Sequence record: OM718002.1
Direction: 5' to 3' (one strand)
Length of the DNA stretch: 64,000 bases
Shown here piece after piece: positions 1-10,103 of this stretch. Position numbers and translations under genes: made by a program. Under the pieces are notes generated by a model. That model saw only the letters and a list, made by a program, of their open reading frames with translations, was not told the origin of the DNA and made no database searches. Numbering within the stretch: position 1 is the stretch's first letter; each line of letters begins with the position of its first letter.

Positions 1-431
1 ATCCAACGCATCAGCTTAGCAAATAGTTCCATTAGTTTCTCAAACCAAGTCTTAAGAGTATTAATGATGGTAGCCATCACTGCCTCTTGAGAAATAGTCA
101 CATTAAGAGTACTACGGGTTGGTGTAAACATAGAAGCATATTGCTCAAGTGAAGCTACTGCTTTCTTAGGAGCTTCAAACCCTTCAGTGCTCATGCGCTT
201 AACTAATGCTCGAATACCATCAACATCTGGTTTTGATACGCCTTCAAGTTTAGTGATTGCATAAATATCAGATAGCTGATGAATCGCTTCGACAGCTACA
301 CACATCTTAGCTAAAATTTCAGGAGCCGAGGCACTTGAAACAGTCTCTTCTTCGCCTTCAACCATCTCTGGTTGGTTCTCATCAAAGAAAAGTTTTTCCT
401 CTTCGACATCTACTTCTTTAACATGAGACAT
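1..431 (-). CDS. Virion head protein (phiKZ gp86-like), runs off the window start
   Basis: Manual translation from ATG at 431 (GAGG RBS) stays open to the edge: MSHVKEVDVEEEKLF...TISQEAVMATIINTLKTWFEKL. Acidic N-terminus followed by an S-X-E motif typical of phiKZ prohead-protease substrates. Confidence 0.7.
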   Translation of the reverse strand, partial: MSHVKEVDVEEEKLFFDENQPEMVEGEEETVSSASAPEILAKMCVAVEAIHQLSDIYAITKLEGVSKPDVDGIRALVKRMSTEGFEAPKKAVASLEQYASMFTPTRSTLNVTISQEAVMATIINTLKTWFEKLMELFAKLMRW

Positions 432-441
432 GGGTTTAACC

Positions 442-891
442 TCACTCATCAATACTACCGATTAATTGATTTAATGCATTACCCATGTCTGCTTGGATAC
501 GGTTATAATCTGGGCCATTAACAACGGCAGAGACAATATTGATATCATCGACAGTTAGATAATCATTAGCGGTATCAGATGTCAGTACAGCTTTGACAAG
601 ACATGGATCAGTAATACCGTTGATAAGACTTTGGCGAATGCGAAGAATATTGTTAAAATAGGTTACGGCTAGTTTAGTATCAACTGCAATATTCTCATTA
701 ACTTTACTTAAGATTTTCTTAAATTTAGCAACAGCTTTATCCTGTTGTTCATTGAAATCAAGTAAAATCTCAAATGGAATCTGTAATGCCACCGCATTAG
801 CTAGGAGCATTGCGCGGGTTTTACGATCAGAACCACCTAAGTTAGGCAGTTGCTTTAGAATACGGGAAAGTTCAAAACCTAATTGTTGCAT
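442..891 (-). CDS. Virion/capsid-associated protein (gp85-like)
   Basis: 149-aa ORF tightly packed in the head-protein operon; number from gene order. Confidence 0.6.
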   Translation of the reverse strand: MQQLGFELSRILKQLPNLGGSDRKTRAMLLANAVALQIPFEILLDFNEQQDKAVAKFKKILSKVNENIAVDTKLAVTYFNNILRIRQSLINGITDPCLVKAVLTSDTANDYLTVDDINIVSAVVNGPDYNRIQADMGNALNQLIGSIDE

Positions 892-902
892 GATTTTTCT
901 CT

Positions 903-2144
903 CTATTTAGTTAAGCGGTAGGCTCTTACAAATAAGTCATTATTTAATAGACTTTCTAAAGTATCTTCTAATTCAGTAGCCCGTTTATCTTTACGACGCT
1001 GGGGACTAAGGAAATCTAAAATTTTATCAAAAATGGTCCACTCATTAGCTAAATCATTTATCAATGAATCAATTACTTTAATGTCATCATCAATTCCTGG
1101 TTTTAGTGATGAGTCCTTTACCCATTTAAGTTGTGCTACTAGATCTTGTTTAATTTTCATTAAACGTTGTCGTTGTTTGTCATAACGTGAACTAATTGGA
1201 TCATATCCAACTTTTAAATTACCGGCAATGATACCTAGTGTAACAGGTAAACCAATGATCATAAATAGACCTTTGAATACCTCAGCAGTAATATGGCTAG
1301 AAACAGATTTATATTCACGGTCATTATAATACCGACCTGATTTAGTTAATGCCGTTGCCAGTGGCCTTCCATAACCTAATCGAGTGGCGAATAAATCAGC
1401 TAATTGTTCATCGCGTTTACGTGATTGAACATCACCAGTTAAATGCGGACGTTGCGCTTTCTTAAATGATGATAGAATGACTTTACGAATATTTCCTTCA
1501 GTCCTATCATTAGCAAACTTCTCATAATCGGCTGGATCAACGTTTTTCTTTAACCATGTTTCATCCAATAATTGAATCTTATACTTATTAGCTTTCCTAC
1601 CCTGTAAGATAAGTATACCTTCAGTAAGTGCGTAGTTAAGATAGACGTAGTCACCCATTGTAGCCAGTGTTTCCCAACAATGCCCAATTTCATGTAATGT
1701 AATGGCAGTAGCTTCTGCTATACTAACACGGTTAATAGCCGATAATAAACCAATAGATAAACCGACCTTGTATTTAAAAGTTGAAACAGCCTCACCCGTA
1801 ACTTTTAAATTTGTTAAATCAATATTAATGAATGTATTGACACCTTGCTCAGTTGCTAAAGTAACTCGATTAATATTGTCAAATTTACTACCAGTATGTC
1901 CAACTGTAAAGGATGTGTATGCACCACCCATTATACCCTGATCATCCAGGTGTGTAAACTCTATATTCATATTGAGGATCTTAGAAACATCATCACTCAG
2001 TGACCTAAAATCATTAATATCTATTCTCTGTTGATTATCTAATTTATCACGAATCTTGGTTAGATGTTCTTCGATCAATGGACCTAAGTCACGCTTAACA
2101 TTCACATCTAACACTTCATTAGAGATTTCTATCGTATGTAGCAT
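903..2144 (-). CDS. Head protein with zincin metallopeptidase motif (gp84-like)
   Basis: 413 aa with LHEIGH (HEXXH), a downstream EQLADLFA (ExxAD) motif, and an N-terminal SNE possible maturation site. Confidence 0.7.
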   Translation of the reverse strand: MLHTIEISNEVLDVNVKRDLGPLIEEHLTKIRDKLDNQQRIDINDFRSLSDDVSKILNMNIEFTHLDDQGIMGGAYTSFTVGHTGSKFDNINRVTLATEQGVNTFINIDLTNLKVTGEAVSTFKYKVGLSIGLLSAINRVSIAEATAITLHEIGHCWETLATMGDYVYLNYALTEGILILQGRKANKYKIQLLDETWLKKNVDPADYEKFANDRTEGNIRKVILSSFKKAQRPHLTGDVQSRKRDEQLADLFATRLGYGRPLATALTKSGRYYNDREYKSVSSHITAEVFKGLFMIIGLPVTLGIIAGNLKVGYDPISSRYDKQRQRLMKIKQDLVAQLKWVKDSSLKPGIDDDIKVIDSLINDLANEWTIFDKILDFLSPQRRKDKRATELEDTLESLLNNDLFVRAYRLTK

Positions 2145-2245
2145 TTTATATCTCTACCAGTATTAATTTATAATCATAAAGATAAGGCTGCGTTGTATAG
2201 AATTCAATCTTATGCACTACGTATTATAAAAGAGGCGCACACAAA

Positions 2246-3760
2246 ATGTTTGAGTTATTGTTGTCTTCTGGACTAACAAATACGCCTATATATTCCGATC
2301 CTTATCCAGGTCCTAAAACACTGATAGCTGGGACAAGGGAATTAGGTTTGTATGGTGAAACAACATCTTCAGAATTATTTGGTTATGATGATGCAGCTAA
2401 ATTAGTTAATATGACATTTGGAACAGTAATCAATGATGGACAACCATGGTTAAAGTTCTCTAATAAAAATGTTACTTGTTACATACCAAAGAAACCAGCT
2501 CGTAAATCAATACAAAAATCACGGCTTAATAATGCCGGACTCCGTAATGGTGACTATGAAGTTAGATTTATGGGGAACATTTATAAATTTGGTTTATTAA
2601 CAATGGCTGGTGCCACATCAGAATGGCAAAGGTTACTTTATAATGTTCACGTATCTAATTTAAATGGTGCTAACTGGCCTTATAAATTTACAGATAATGA
2701 CTTAGGTATTAACCAAGCGGTCGCTGGTGGTATTAGCACTGATGGTACTACTAACTGGGGAAGAGACCCAGGTAGTGATCCAGTTAATGACCAGCTCTAT
2801 CGTGGCTACTATGCGATTGATATAACTAGCTCGTCAAGTAGTGAAACGGGTGCTGCAACCCAAGGTTGGCGTCCAGTGGTTTATGCTAGTGGTACATATC
2901 CATTCGTTAAAGATAATGTTATTAAACTTACTGATTTTGAAACTGATAACGAAATGGCAGCAGGTGCCCAAATAGGTAACTTAGTCTATTATTACGGTGG
3001 TAAGAATAATGCTAATACTGCTCTACGTACACTGAATTTAGTCACGGGTAAGTTAACAACATTACAACCAACTGGTACGCCTATAGCAGTTAAACAATGC
3101 TCGGCTGTTGCATTTAATGGTAAAGTATATTTCTATGGTGGTGAAAGTGCCACAGATGGTGTACTTACTAAAGATATGCAGTGTTATGATCCTGCAACTA
3201 ATACATGGGAAATAAAATCACCAGGCACGATAGCTTGCCGGTATGCACGTGGAACTAGTCTTAATGGGTTAATCTACATATTAGGTGCAGCTGATACAAC
3301 TGCGACAAATAATCGTGGATTTACATTAATGTACAATCCAACTACAGATACATATACCAGTGGTGCAGCATTTAATGATACTGGGGAATATACCCAAGAT
3401 TATTCAGTGAGTATTTATAATAATAGCGTATGCGTTATTGGTGGTACGGTTGGTGCTGGTGTTAATACTGGAATCATATCGTACAATCAAACCAACAATA
3501 ATTGGTCCAAACCAATAACTACAGGTATACCTCTTGGTGCAGCTATTAATATACGCCCATCTGGTGAACTTTATGTAATCGCTGGTGAAAATCAAAATAA
3601 CGCACCAATTAAGTATTATGAACCACGATTAGCACGATGGATAAATTTAGGTAATTTAGAAACTGGTTTAGTGGATGCAGGTTTTGCCAATACGTTTAAT
3701 AATGACGGTAAGATTTATGTTCTAAACGGTAATCAGAATTTAAAATACCAAATTAGTTAA
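2246..3760 (+). CDS. Virion structural protein with C-terminal Kelch beta-propeller (gp83-like)
   Basis: N-terminal PGPKTLIAG...LYGE...WLKF...PKKP signature of a phiKZ structural paralog family; about six Kelch-like repeats (YYYGG, YFYGG, IYILG, CVIGG, YVIAG, YVLNG). Confidence 0.75.
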   Translation: MFELLLSSGLTNTPIYSDPYPGPKTLIAGTRELGLYGETTSSELFGYDDAAKLVNMTFGTVINDGQPWLKFSNKNVTCYIPKKPARKSIQKSRLNNAGLRNGDYEVRFMGNIYKFGLLTMAGATSEWQRLLYNVHVSNLNGANWPYKFTDNDLGINQAVAGGISTDGTTNWGRDPGSDPVNDQLYRGYYAIDITSSSSSETGAATQGWRPVVYASGTYPFVKDNVIKLTDFETDNEMAAGAQIGNLVYYYGGKNNANTALRTLNLVTGKLTTLQPTGTPIAVKQCSAVAFNGKVYFYGGESATDGVLTKDMQCYDPATNTWEIKSPGTIACRYARGTSLNGLIYILGAADTTATNNRGFTLMYNPTTDTYTSGAAFNDTGEYTQDYSVSIYNNSVCVIGGTVGAGVNTGIISYNQTNNNWSKPITTGIPLGAAINIRPSGELYVIAGENQNNAPIKYYEPRLARWINLGNLETGLVDAGFANTFNNDGKIYVLNGNQNLKYQIS

Positions 3761-3765
3761 CGAAA

Positions 3766-3795
3766 TAAACCCTCCCGTAATGGGAGGGTTTTATG
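3766..3795. terminator. Bidirectional hairpin terminator between convergent genes
   Basis: AAACCCTCCC-GTAAT-GGGAGGGTTT followed by TATG. Confidence 0.8.
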
Positions 3796-3863
3796 ATGTG
3801 TCGAAGTTTATGTTAGCAGTAATGATCAATTGATAATATTTAATTAGGAATACCTTCCATTTT

Positions 3864-4232
3864 TTAATATCCTTCATTAAGTAGTTCTGCTAGAGCACGT
3901 GCCTGTGAAATATCAGTAGAAGCAAAAACATCAGAAAGATAGTTATCATGTTCTTTTGCATTCTGACGCAATTCATCCATTAGATGTTTATTAGATACCG
4001 CCCATACTTTCCACAGATTTTTATAATCATCATATTTGGGATTATACCCGTCTAGTGGTGGTTTTCCTTTACCAGCTTTCCAATGGTTGGAGTATATGCG
4101 ATATCCTTTACAATCTAACTGCCAAGCTTCCTCAATTGTTCTGCCATCAGGAAGCCTTGCGTAAAGAGCCGAGAATCTTTTGTCACCAACAGATGAACAT
4201 TCATATCCTCCTCGGCGCTTCCACTGATATAT
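3864..4232 (-). CDS. Uncalled 122-aa conserved phage protein with ATA start (or mutated ATG)
   Basis: Open frame (I/M)YQWKRRGGYECSSVGDKRFSALYARLPDGRTIEEAWQLDCKGY...SQARALAELLNEGY; first codon ATA overlaps the upstream TAA (TAATA instead of TAATG). Confidence 0.65.
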   Translation of the reverse strand: MYQWKRRGGYECSSVGDKRFSALYARLPDGRTIEEAWQLDCKGYRIYSNHWKAGKGKPPLDGYNPKYDDYKNLWKVWAVSNKHLMDELRQNAKEHDNYLSDVFASTDISQARALAELLNEGY

Positions 4233-6148
4233 TACTTTGGGTTCTTATAGGTATTAATAAACTTCTCTAGCAGGGTGTCCATTTTAGGAGCACCCATGAT
4301 CTTCTGTGTGATTTCAATAGCATTAACCCTACCACCTGTTAAGTTTACGCCAACTTCACGGCGATGGTGTTCACTAATTCCTTCCATCATTGAGAATTCC
4401 ATCACACATGTTTCACGTGCAATATTTAGAATCTGACTAACGTTAGGATATGTCGACACGATGTCAAGGTCGGCGATATGACAGAAGATTAAGGTTTTAT
4501 AATTCGGTAAATCTTTAACACACTGCAATCCATTTGGACCTGCCATGTATGATGGTAGTGTAACAATCCAATCATTATGGCCAATAACATATTGATCAAG
4601 TTCATGCACCATCTGATCTGAACTTGAACCAATGACACATGGCTCTGGTCTATTCAAATACCAGAAGTGCATATCGTCACATAGTCGTTTTGGGTTAGAA
4701 CTAAAGTTCTTATAGTCAGATGCCTTAGAGAATAGACTTATAGAGCGACCAAGGTCATTTACTTGTTCATCAAGTTGTTCTAGTCGAATGGAGTCGATGA
4801 TGTTATAAAGACCATATTTGATTTTATGCTTAGTCTGCATCTCACGGTGCCAATCGATACCACCAAGATGTGCAGTTTCTTTAAAGGTTAACTTACCAAA
4901 TTCCATTACATATCTAATAGAATCACCATAGGTAAAGTTATCATTTAATATAAAATCATCCACCGGTACCCATTCATTACTACCTACATTTTTAATATAT
5001 TTAGTAATAACGCCGCCTGGTCGGTCAACTAGTTGTTTATTAAAACCTTCAATAAAATCTTCTAAGTCCTTATCATTTTTAATGGTCGTGGATTTATCGA
5101 TGTTTAGTTCTTTTCTAAGAATAGACTCTAACCGATAGTTAGGATCACGTCCTTTAGCTAATCGAGTTACTCGATAAGTTGACATAGAATCGATACATTG
5201 AAAACTAGAGGGTGCTGTAATCCAATGCCATTGATCCTCCGGTCCTTTAGATTTAGTGACCCCAGATGCAGTGGTGGTCATAGGTTCGTCAATCTTAAAA
5301 TGGAAATACCTATAATTCTTAGGTACCGATGGATCAGAAAAAACATCAGCTGGATTAACGCCATAATGTTCTAATGTTTTTAAGATTCTGCCAATGTCGA
5401 AGCTAATATTCCAGAATGCGAAGAAATCTGGTTTCCAGATATGTAGTCGTTTAAAACATTCAATAATAATATCCACTGGTGTTTCAACAACCATTACTTC
5501 AATATCTAGACCACGTTCTTTAATTAGATGCGATAGCACCTCTTCTTTTTGTGCTTGTTCTAATGTCTCTTTCACTGGATCTTCAATATCACTAACCCAT
5601 CGTTTTAAATAGGCTAAGAAAGCTTTGTTCTTATGTGTAACTGACATACAGATAATCTGACCATCGTTCTCAGCTTCATAAACGTTGGTTTCGATGTCAC
5701 CGCCAGCAACAGTGTTTAGAGAGATTAGACCAGGATAACGTTCTTGATAATCATGCTTCAGATAACAGGTTGAACTAACATCACTGCCATATAGGTAAGG
5801 ACTACGCGCTAGTTGACGAAGAGATCTAGCCGAATAGTCACCTAGGATTTTACTAATCTTACGTTTCATGTCAATTTGAGTTGACATGTATTTAACTAAG
5901 TTACGCTCATATTCGTAATCTTTCTTTTCTTTATGGTTACGCATTCCTTTTGAGGTAATCCAAAAAGGACGCTGGTAGTTTTCCCACATCCTTAAATTAT
6001 TTGCAGTTGTACCATCTTCAAAATGAATTCGTTCTTTAACGAAATGCGCATCTGTAAACTTACCAAATTGATCAGTACAATAAGTAATATGTTTGGCTTC
6101 AATGCCCTTAATCTTTTTCTTATTTGTAACCTGTTGTTCATTAGACAT
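4232..6148 (-). CDS. Split B-family DNA polymerase, exonuclease plus motif A subunit (gp82-like)
   Basis: ExoI GDIET, ExoII WNISFD, ExoIII YNIID, and polymerase motif A DLDIVSTYP near the C-terminus. Confidence 0.85.
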   Translation of the reverse strand: MSNEQQVTNKKKIKGIEAKHITYCTDQFGKFTDAHFVKERIHFEDGTTANNLRMWENYQRPFWITSKGMRNHKEKKDYEYERNLVKYMSTQIDMKRKISKILGDYSARSLRQLARSPYLYGSDVSSTCYLKHDYQERYPGLISLNTVAGGDIETNVYEAENDGQIICMSVTHKNKAFLAYLKRWVSDIEDPVKETLEQAQKEEVLSHLIKERGLDIEVMVVETPVDIIIECFKRLHIWKPDFFAFWNISFDIGRILKTLEHYGVNPADVFSDPSVPKNYRYFHFKIDEPMTTTASGVTKSKGPEDQWHWITAPSSFQCIDSMSTYRVTRLAKGRDPNYRLESILRKELNIDKSTTIKNDKDLEDFIEGFNKQLVDRPGGVITKYIKNVGSNEWVPVDDFILNDNFTYGDSIRYVMEFGKLTFKETAHLGGIDWHREMQTKHKIKYGLYNIIDSIRLEQLDEQVNDLGRSISLFSKASDYKNFSSNPKRLCDDMHFWYLNRPEPCVIGSSSDQMVHELDQYVIGHNDWIVTLPSYMAGPNGLQCVKDLPNYKTLIFCHIADLDIVSTYPNVSQILNIARETCVMEFSMMEGISEHHRREVGVNLTGGRVNAIEITQKIMGAPKMDTLLEKFINTYKNPK

Positions 6149-6214
6149 TGCTATAACCTCAGCACATATTGATATTTATCTACGTACTATATTAGTGTCT
6201 AGTAAAAGTAATAA

Positions 6215-6250
6215 TCAGCATAAAGCCTCCCCTAGGGGAGGCAATATGTT
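6215..6250. repeat. 36-bp terminator-type hairpin repeat, copy 1
   Basis: TCAGCATAAAGCCTCCCCTAGGGGAGGCAATATGTT, identical to 54153-54188. Confidence 0.9.
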
Positions 6251-7776
6251 TACATACCAGCTTTCTGCCGGAAGAAGTGTAGAACGAGTTGCCGTTTACC
6301 TTCAGGGATGAAACGTGCAAGATAGTTGATATCTACCTGATAAAGCGCATCTGATACATCACTAGTAAATAGGCAGAATAGAGTAAGAAGATTAATGTGT
6401 GCTTCTTGACGGTTATTCTGAGTAGGTAGAGTAGCAACAAAGCGAAGTGCGTTAGATTCACTAAATAGAGTATTACGATTTTTCTTAACGAAATCAAAGA
6501 TAATATCCATGCCTGATTTAAAGCCTTCAATATCTTCGATTGTCATTACGTAGTTGAATACATCATCTAGTTTCTTTTGTGCATCGCCACCACGTTCGAT
6601 AGTGATATAGTCACCAGGTTTAGCACCAGTGGCAAACTGCTCTAGACGAGATTCGATAAATACTTGGTTCATTTTGGTCATACCTTTACGAAGTACAGGT
6701 TCATTAGATGTTGATTCACTATTCAAGATTTTAACTTCCCCGGTTGGTTTAATATCATCTTTACCAGAGAATACTTTCCATTGTTCAACAATAGTTTCAA
6801 TATCTTGACTAGTGGTAGGTAAGAATAAGCGATCGCGTAACTCAATAGCAATTTTAAAATCTTTTATCAGATTACTATTTTTAATAAGTCCTTCAGCCCA
6901 GTCTTCAAGCTCTGCTGTCGTCCAATCGGTAGGTGGAGCATTATCACGAATAACACTATTAACCCAACTACCACGTAGTGTTTTTGGTGGAGTAATACCT
7001 TGTTTAACAAAATCAACCACTTCTTGGGTAGACCAATCTAGTGGAATATCACTAGTGTGAATACGCAGTTGCTTGACTAATTCTTCAAGCTTGATACTGT
7101 CTTCAGTATTGCGAATATCTTGTTTCAGTGTATCTTCATTAACTACCGGTACAATTACTTCCTCAGTAGTCTCATTCTCTTTAGCCCGTTTAGTTAAAAT
7201 ATCATCAGCAATATCGGCGATATCATTAACTACGCCAGTTAGACGATGGTTAGCAGCATCGATTAGTTCATCATCTGACCATTCATCATAAGGACGATAT
7301 TTACGGGTTGGGTCAAATACAAAGTTGCCGAGTTCAGTTTTACCTTTAGCAGGACCACCTACAGATTCCCAAGCAGCAATGTCTTCATTGGTCCAGGATT
7401 CTGGGATATTGTAAGTAGTACGAATGCCTTCCCAATTAGGTTCGCCGTAAACAGCGCCTTCTGCAAGAGGAGTAGGTTCAGTTACTGACACATCGCCTTC
7501 CTGCCGAACAACATATTCTTTCTGGCCGTCTGTATTAGTGGCAAAGACGAAATTGCCGATGCTGGAGAGCCGTGGATCAAAAGCTGGTGCCGACAGACTT
7601 ACGGTAGTCTTTTGGATGTCAGTTTGGGATACGTTACCATGCACCACTTCTTCTTTCTCAGTGGTTTCTACAACGGGTTCTTCTTTCGGAAGGTAGCCCA
7701 CTTCGTCATATACTGCGATTTGCGGAGTCATACCACGTTCAGCACGACGGTTCAGATCAAAACGTTTCTTAGCCAT
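6250..7776 (-). CDS. Conserved hypothetical protein (gp81-like) with internal Trp repeats
   Basis: 508 aa; repeated IP-x-x-W-[TS]-x-x-[DE] / W-[ST]-x-x-EL modules. Confidence 0.65.
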   Translation of the reverse strand: MAKKRFDLNRRAERGMTPQIAVYDEVGYLPKEEPVVETTEKEEVVHGNVSQTDIQKTTVSLSAPAFDPRLSSIGNFVFATNTDGQKEYVVRQEGDVSVTEPTPLAEGAVYGEPNWEGIRTTYNIPESWTNEDIAAWESVGGPAKGKTELGNFVFDPTRKYRPYDEWSDDELIDAANHRLTGVVNDIADIADDILTKRAKENETTEEVIVPVVNEDTLKQDIRNTEDSIKLEELVKQLRIHTSDIPLDWSTQEVVDFVKQGITPPKTLRGSWVNSVIRDNAPPTDWTTAELEDWAEGLIKNSNLIKDFKIAIELRDRLFLPTTSQDIETIVEQWKVFSGKDDIKPTGEVKILNSESTSNEPVLRKGMTKMNQVFIESRLEQFATGAKPGDYITIERGGDAQKKLDDVFNYVMTIEDIEGFKSGMDIIFDFVKKNRNTLFSESNALRFVATLPTQNNRQEAHINLLTLFCLFTSDVSDALYQVDINYLARFIPEGKRQLVLHFFRQKAGM

Positions 7777-7841
7777 TTAATAGTTCCTTCGATTGATTAT
7801 AACCTAAATAATGGAGAAGCTGAGTAACTTCTCCATCTATT

Positions 7842-9200
7842 TTAACTGATGCGATCGCGATAAGACCATTTAACAGTCTTAAGAACAGCACTGTGCATTT
7901 TAGACATGAAGATGGATAGGAATCGACCACCTACACCTGCTGCCGCTGCCGGTATGCCATTGGGGTTCTCTGACATTTGTTTACCCATACAGACAGCGCA
8001 TACGTTCTTACCTCTACCTATTACACCATTAGCTGGATCACCACCGGCCTTACATGTCATTGGACCACGTAGTTCAATCTCAGTGCCAACTAGTTCATCA
8101 ATATTAGTTTCTTCAATAAGGATAGATTTCCCATTCTTAACATAAGACAAGCCAATGAAATCTTTCTTATTAAATTGATGAACAGTGGTTGGAATACCTA
8201 TCCATGTGTTGCAGTCTTCCATAATAATCCTGACTGTACCAACCATTCGATAAATCGTTTTAGTTGACTCACCGCCAAGGGCTGTTTGTGCACCACGGTT
8301 ATATGAGCCATAACGTAATGAGTTATTCATTACTGGCATATGGTCAGTGTCAATGCCTTCTTCCAATGATTTACCGATATATTCAACCGATGTACCATCT
8401 TGGAATGGTGCTTCCCCACCAAACATACCAAATACTTTCTTACGCACGCCACCAAATAATTTACTATGTTTAGTGTCATAGAACTCATAAGAAGGATCGT
8501 CTTTTAGATAGTCCTCATCTAGCTTGATTAACGCATTACCCATTTCTGCAATAACAGCCGGATCATCTAACCGATCTTTATATTTCTCTTCTAGTTCTTT
8601 ACGTAACTTATCTCTGTCTGGTGCAGAGGTCATTGATTTCTCAGTAATGGATGTTACCAAGGTACTAGCATATGCTGGCAATGCTAAACAATGATCTGCA
8701 AACATCCGATATTGCCATACATATAGCTTACCATCAGTTGCACGCGGTGGATTATCATCATCAATTGGATCATCGATCATGCGGTTAAGAATTTCTTTCT
8801 CAACTTTACCAATATCGAAATAACCAGATTGGAATGGGAACAGATCACCGAAAGGTAAACATAATACTAAATGGTTAACAAAAACGTTACCATAAGTTGT
8901 TCTTAATGCACCTGGTCCTTTATAGTTTTCAATTTCACCAGGTTGTAAAATGAATTCATCTCGAAATGCTAATGGTTGTTTACCTTCAATATAATCGTCG
9001 ATATAAACAACTTCATCATTAGAATCGCCTTCTTTATAGAAGAACATTTTACCATCTTTGAAATATGGCTTGTATAGATATTCACCACCATCATTTGGGT
9101 TATAAACGATATTAAATAAAACGTTAACCCATGCTCGTTTCTTATCTAATCCAGCATTGATACCCATTAGAAAATAATCACGTAATTTCATTAGTATCAC
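7842..9200 (-). CDS. Virion RNA polymerase beta'-like subunit (gp80)
   Basis: Zn-site EDC...RGPMTC...VCAVCMG and GIPAAAAGVGGRFLSIFMSKMH match the beta' switch/trigger-loop region. Confidence 0.85.
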   Translation of the reverse strand: MILMKLRDYFLMGINAGLDKKRAWVNVLFNIVYNPNDGGEYLYKPYFKDGKMFFYKEGDSNDEVVYIDDYIEGKQPLAFRDEFILQPGEIENYKGPGALRTTYGNVFVNHLVLCLPFGDLFPFQSGYFDIGKVEKEILNRMIDDPIDDDNPPRATDGKLYVWQYRMFADHCLALPAYASTLVTSITEKSMTSAPDRDKLRKELEEKYKDRLDDPAVIAEMGNALIKLDEDYLKDDPSYEFYDTKHSKLFGGVRKKVFGMFGGEAPFQDGTSVEYIGKSLEEGIDTDHMPVMNNSLRYGSYNRGAQTALGGESTKTIYRMVGTVRIIMEDCNTWIGIPTTVHQFNKKDFIGLSYVKNGKSILIEETNIDELVGTEIELRGPMTCKAGGDPANGVIGRGKNVCAVCMGKQMSENPNGIPAAAAGVGGRFLSIFMSKMHSAVLKTVKWSYRDRIS

Positions 9201-10068
9201 CTATGCTATTTAAAATCTTTTTAGCTTCATTTTCCATAATAGATCGTTCAATATTGTTAGATGTGAAATCATCTATAATACTCATTACCGTTCTACTAAT
9301 TTCATTCTGTTCAGTATTTGAAATTAATACCAATCCGACAATTTCTTTAGCAACTTCAATAGGTGTCATAGCATCTAATGGGCCAAATGAAATTTGTAAT
9401 AGGTCATCAATATTCCTTTTACCAACACGTAATCCCGCATTAACTAGTTCCATAGCTAACTTAAATGATGCGCGCGTATGAATACGAATAAGGCGATTAA
9501 TTAAATTAATCCGTTCGACATTACTTACATTTCCATATGCTTGACCACGGGTAGTAAGTACTGACTGAATAAATGATGTAATATTACTAATAAGTGTTGG
9601 TGATACACTTTCAATTAAGTCAATGATATTTAAGAAATCTACACTTGTATCGATAAGTTCTACCAGATGTGCTAACGTCTCTTCGGGTGAATATTCGGCT
9701 AACAGAATATCATTCACTTCATCTGGAATAATGTAATCTTCTAAACTAAGGAGTGTATTAACAACAGCTTGCCGTTCAGCCTGAGTTGCTTCATCACTAA
9801 TTTTAATAAGATGTTCATTTAGAATTTCATCTTGTGCAATGCGAATGATATCATCAATGCGAGAAAGAAGCATTGCATTATCTGAGATACCTGATTGAAT
9901 CTGACATACTGTATTTAGTTCATCTAGAGCTGCAACATAATTGATCTTTTCAAAAGATGCTACACAGTCTAGGATAACTTCTTTACGCTCTTCATGTATA
10001 AGAGGCGTAAGATAACTATCAATGAAATCTTTCATGACGATATCCTTTTTATACGGAATTATTAACAT
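9178..10068 (-). CDS. Virion structural protein (gp79-like)
   Basis: 296-aa ORF immediately upstream of the vRNAP subunit gene; number from gene order. Confidence 0.55.
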   Translation of the reverse strand: MLIIPYKKDIVMKDFIDSYLTPLIHEERKEVILDCVASFEKINYVAALDELNTVCQIQSGISDNAMLLSRIDDIIRIAQDEILNEHLIKISDEATQAERQAVVNTLLSLEDYIIPDEVNDILLAEYSPEETLAHLVELIDTSVDFLNIIDLIESVSPTLISNITSFIQSVLTTRGQAYGNVSNVERINLINRLIRIHTRASFKLAMELVNAGLRVGKRNIDDLLQISFGPLDAMTPIEVAKEIVGLVLISNTEQNEISRTVMSIIDDFTSNNIERSIMENEAKKILNSIGDTNEIT

Positions 10069-10103
10069 AGGGTTGGACAGATAGTTATTCTTTAATATAG
10101 TGT

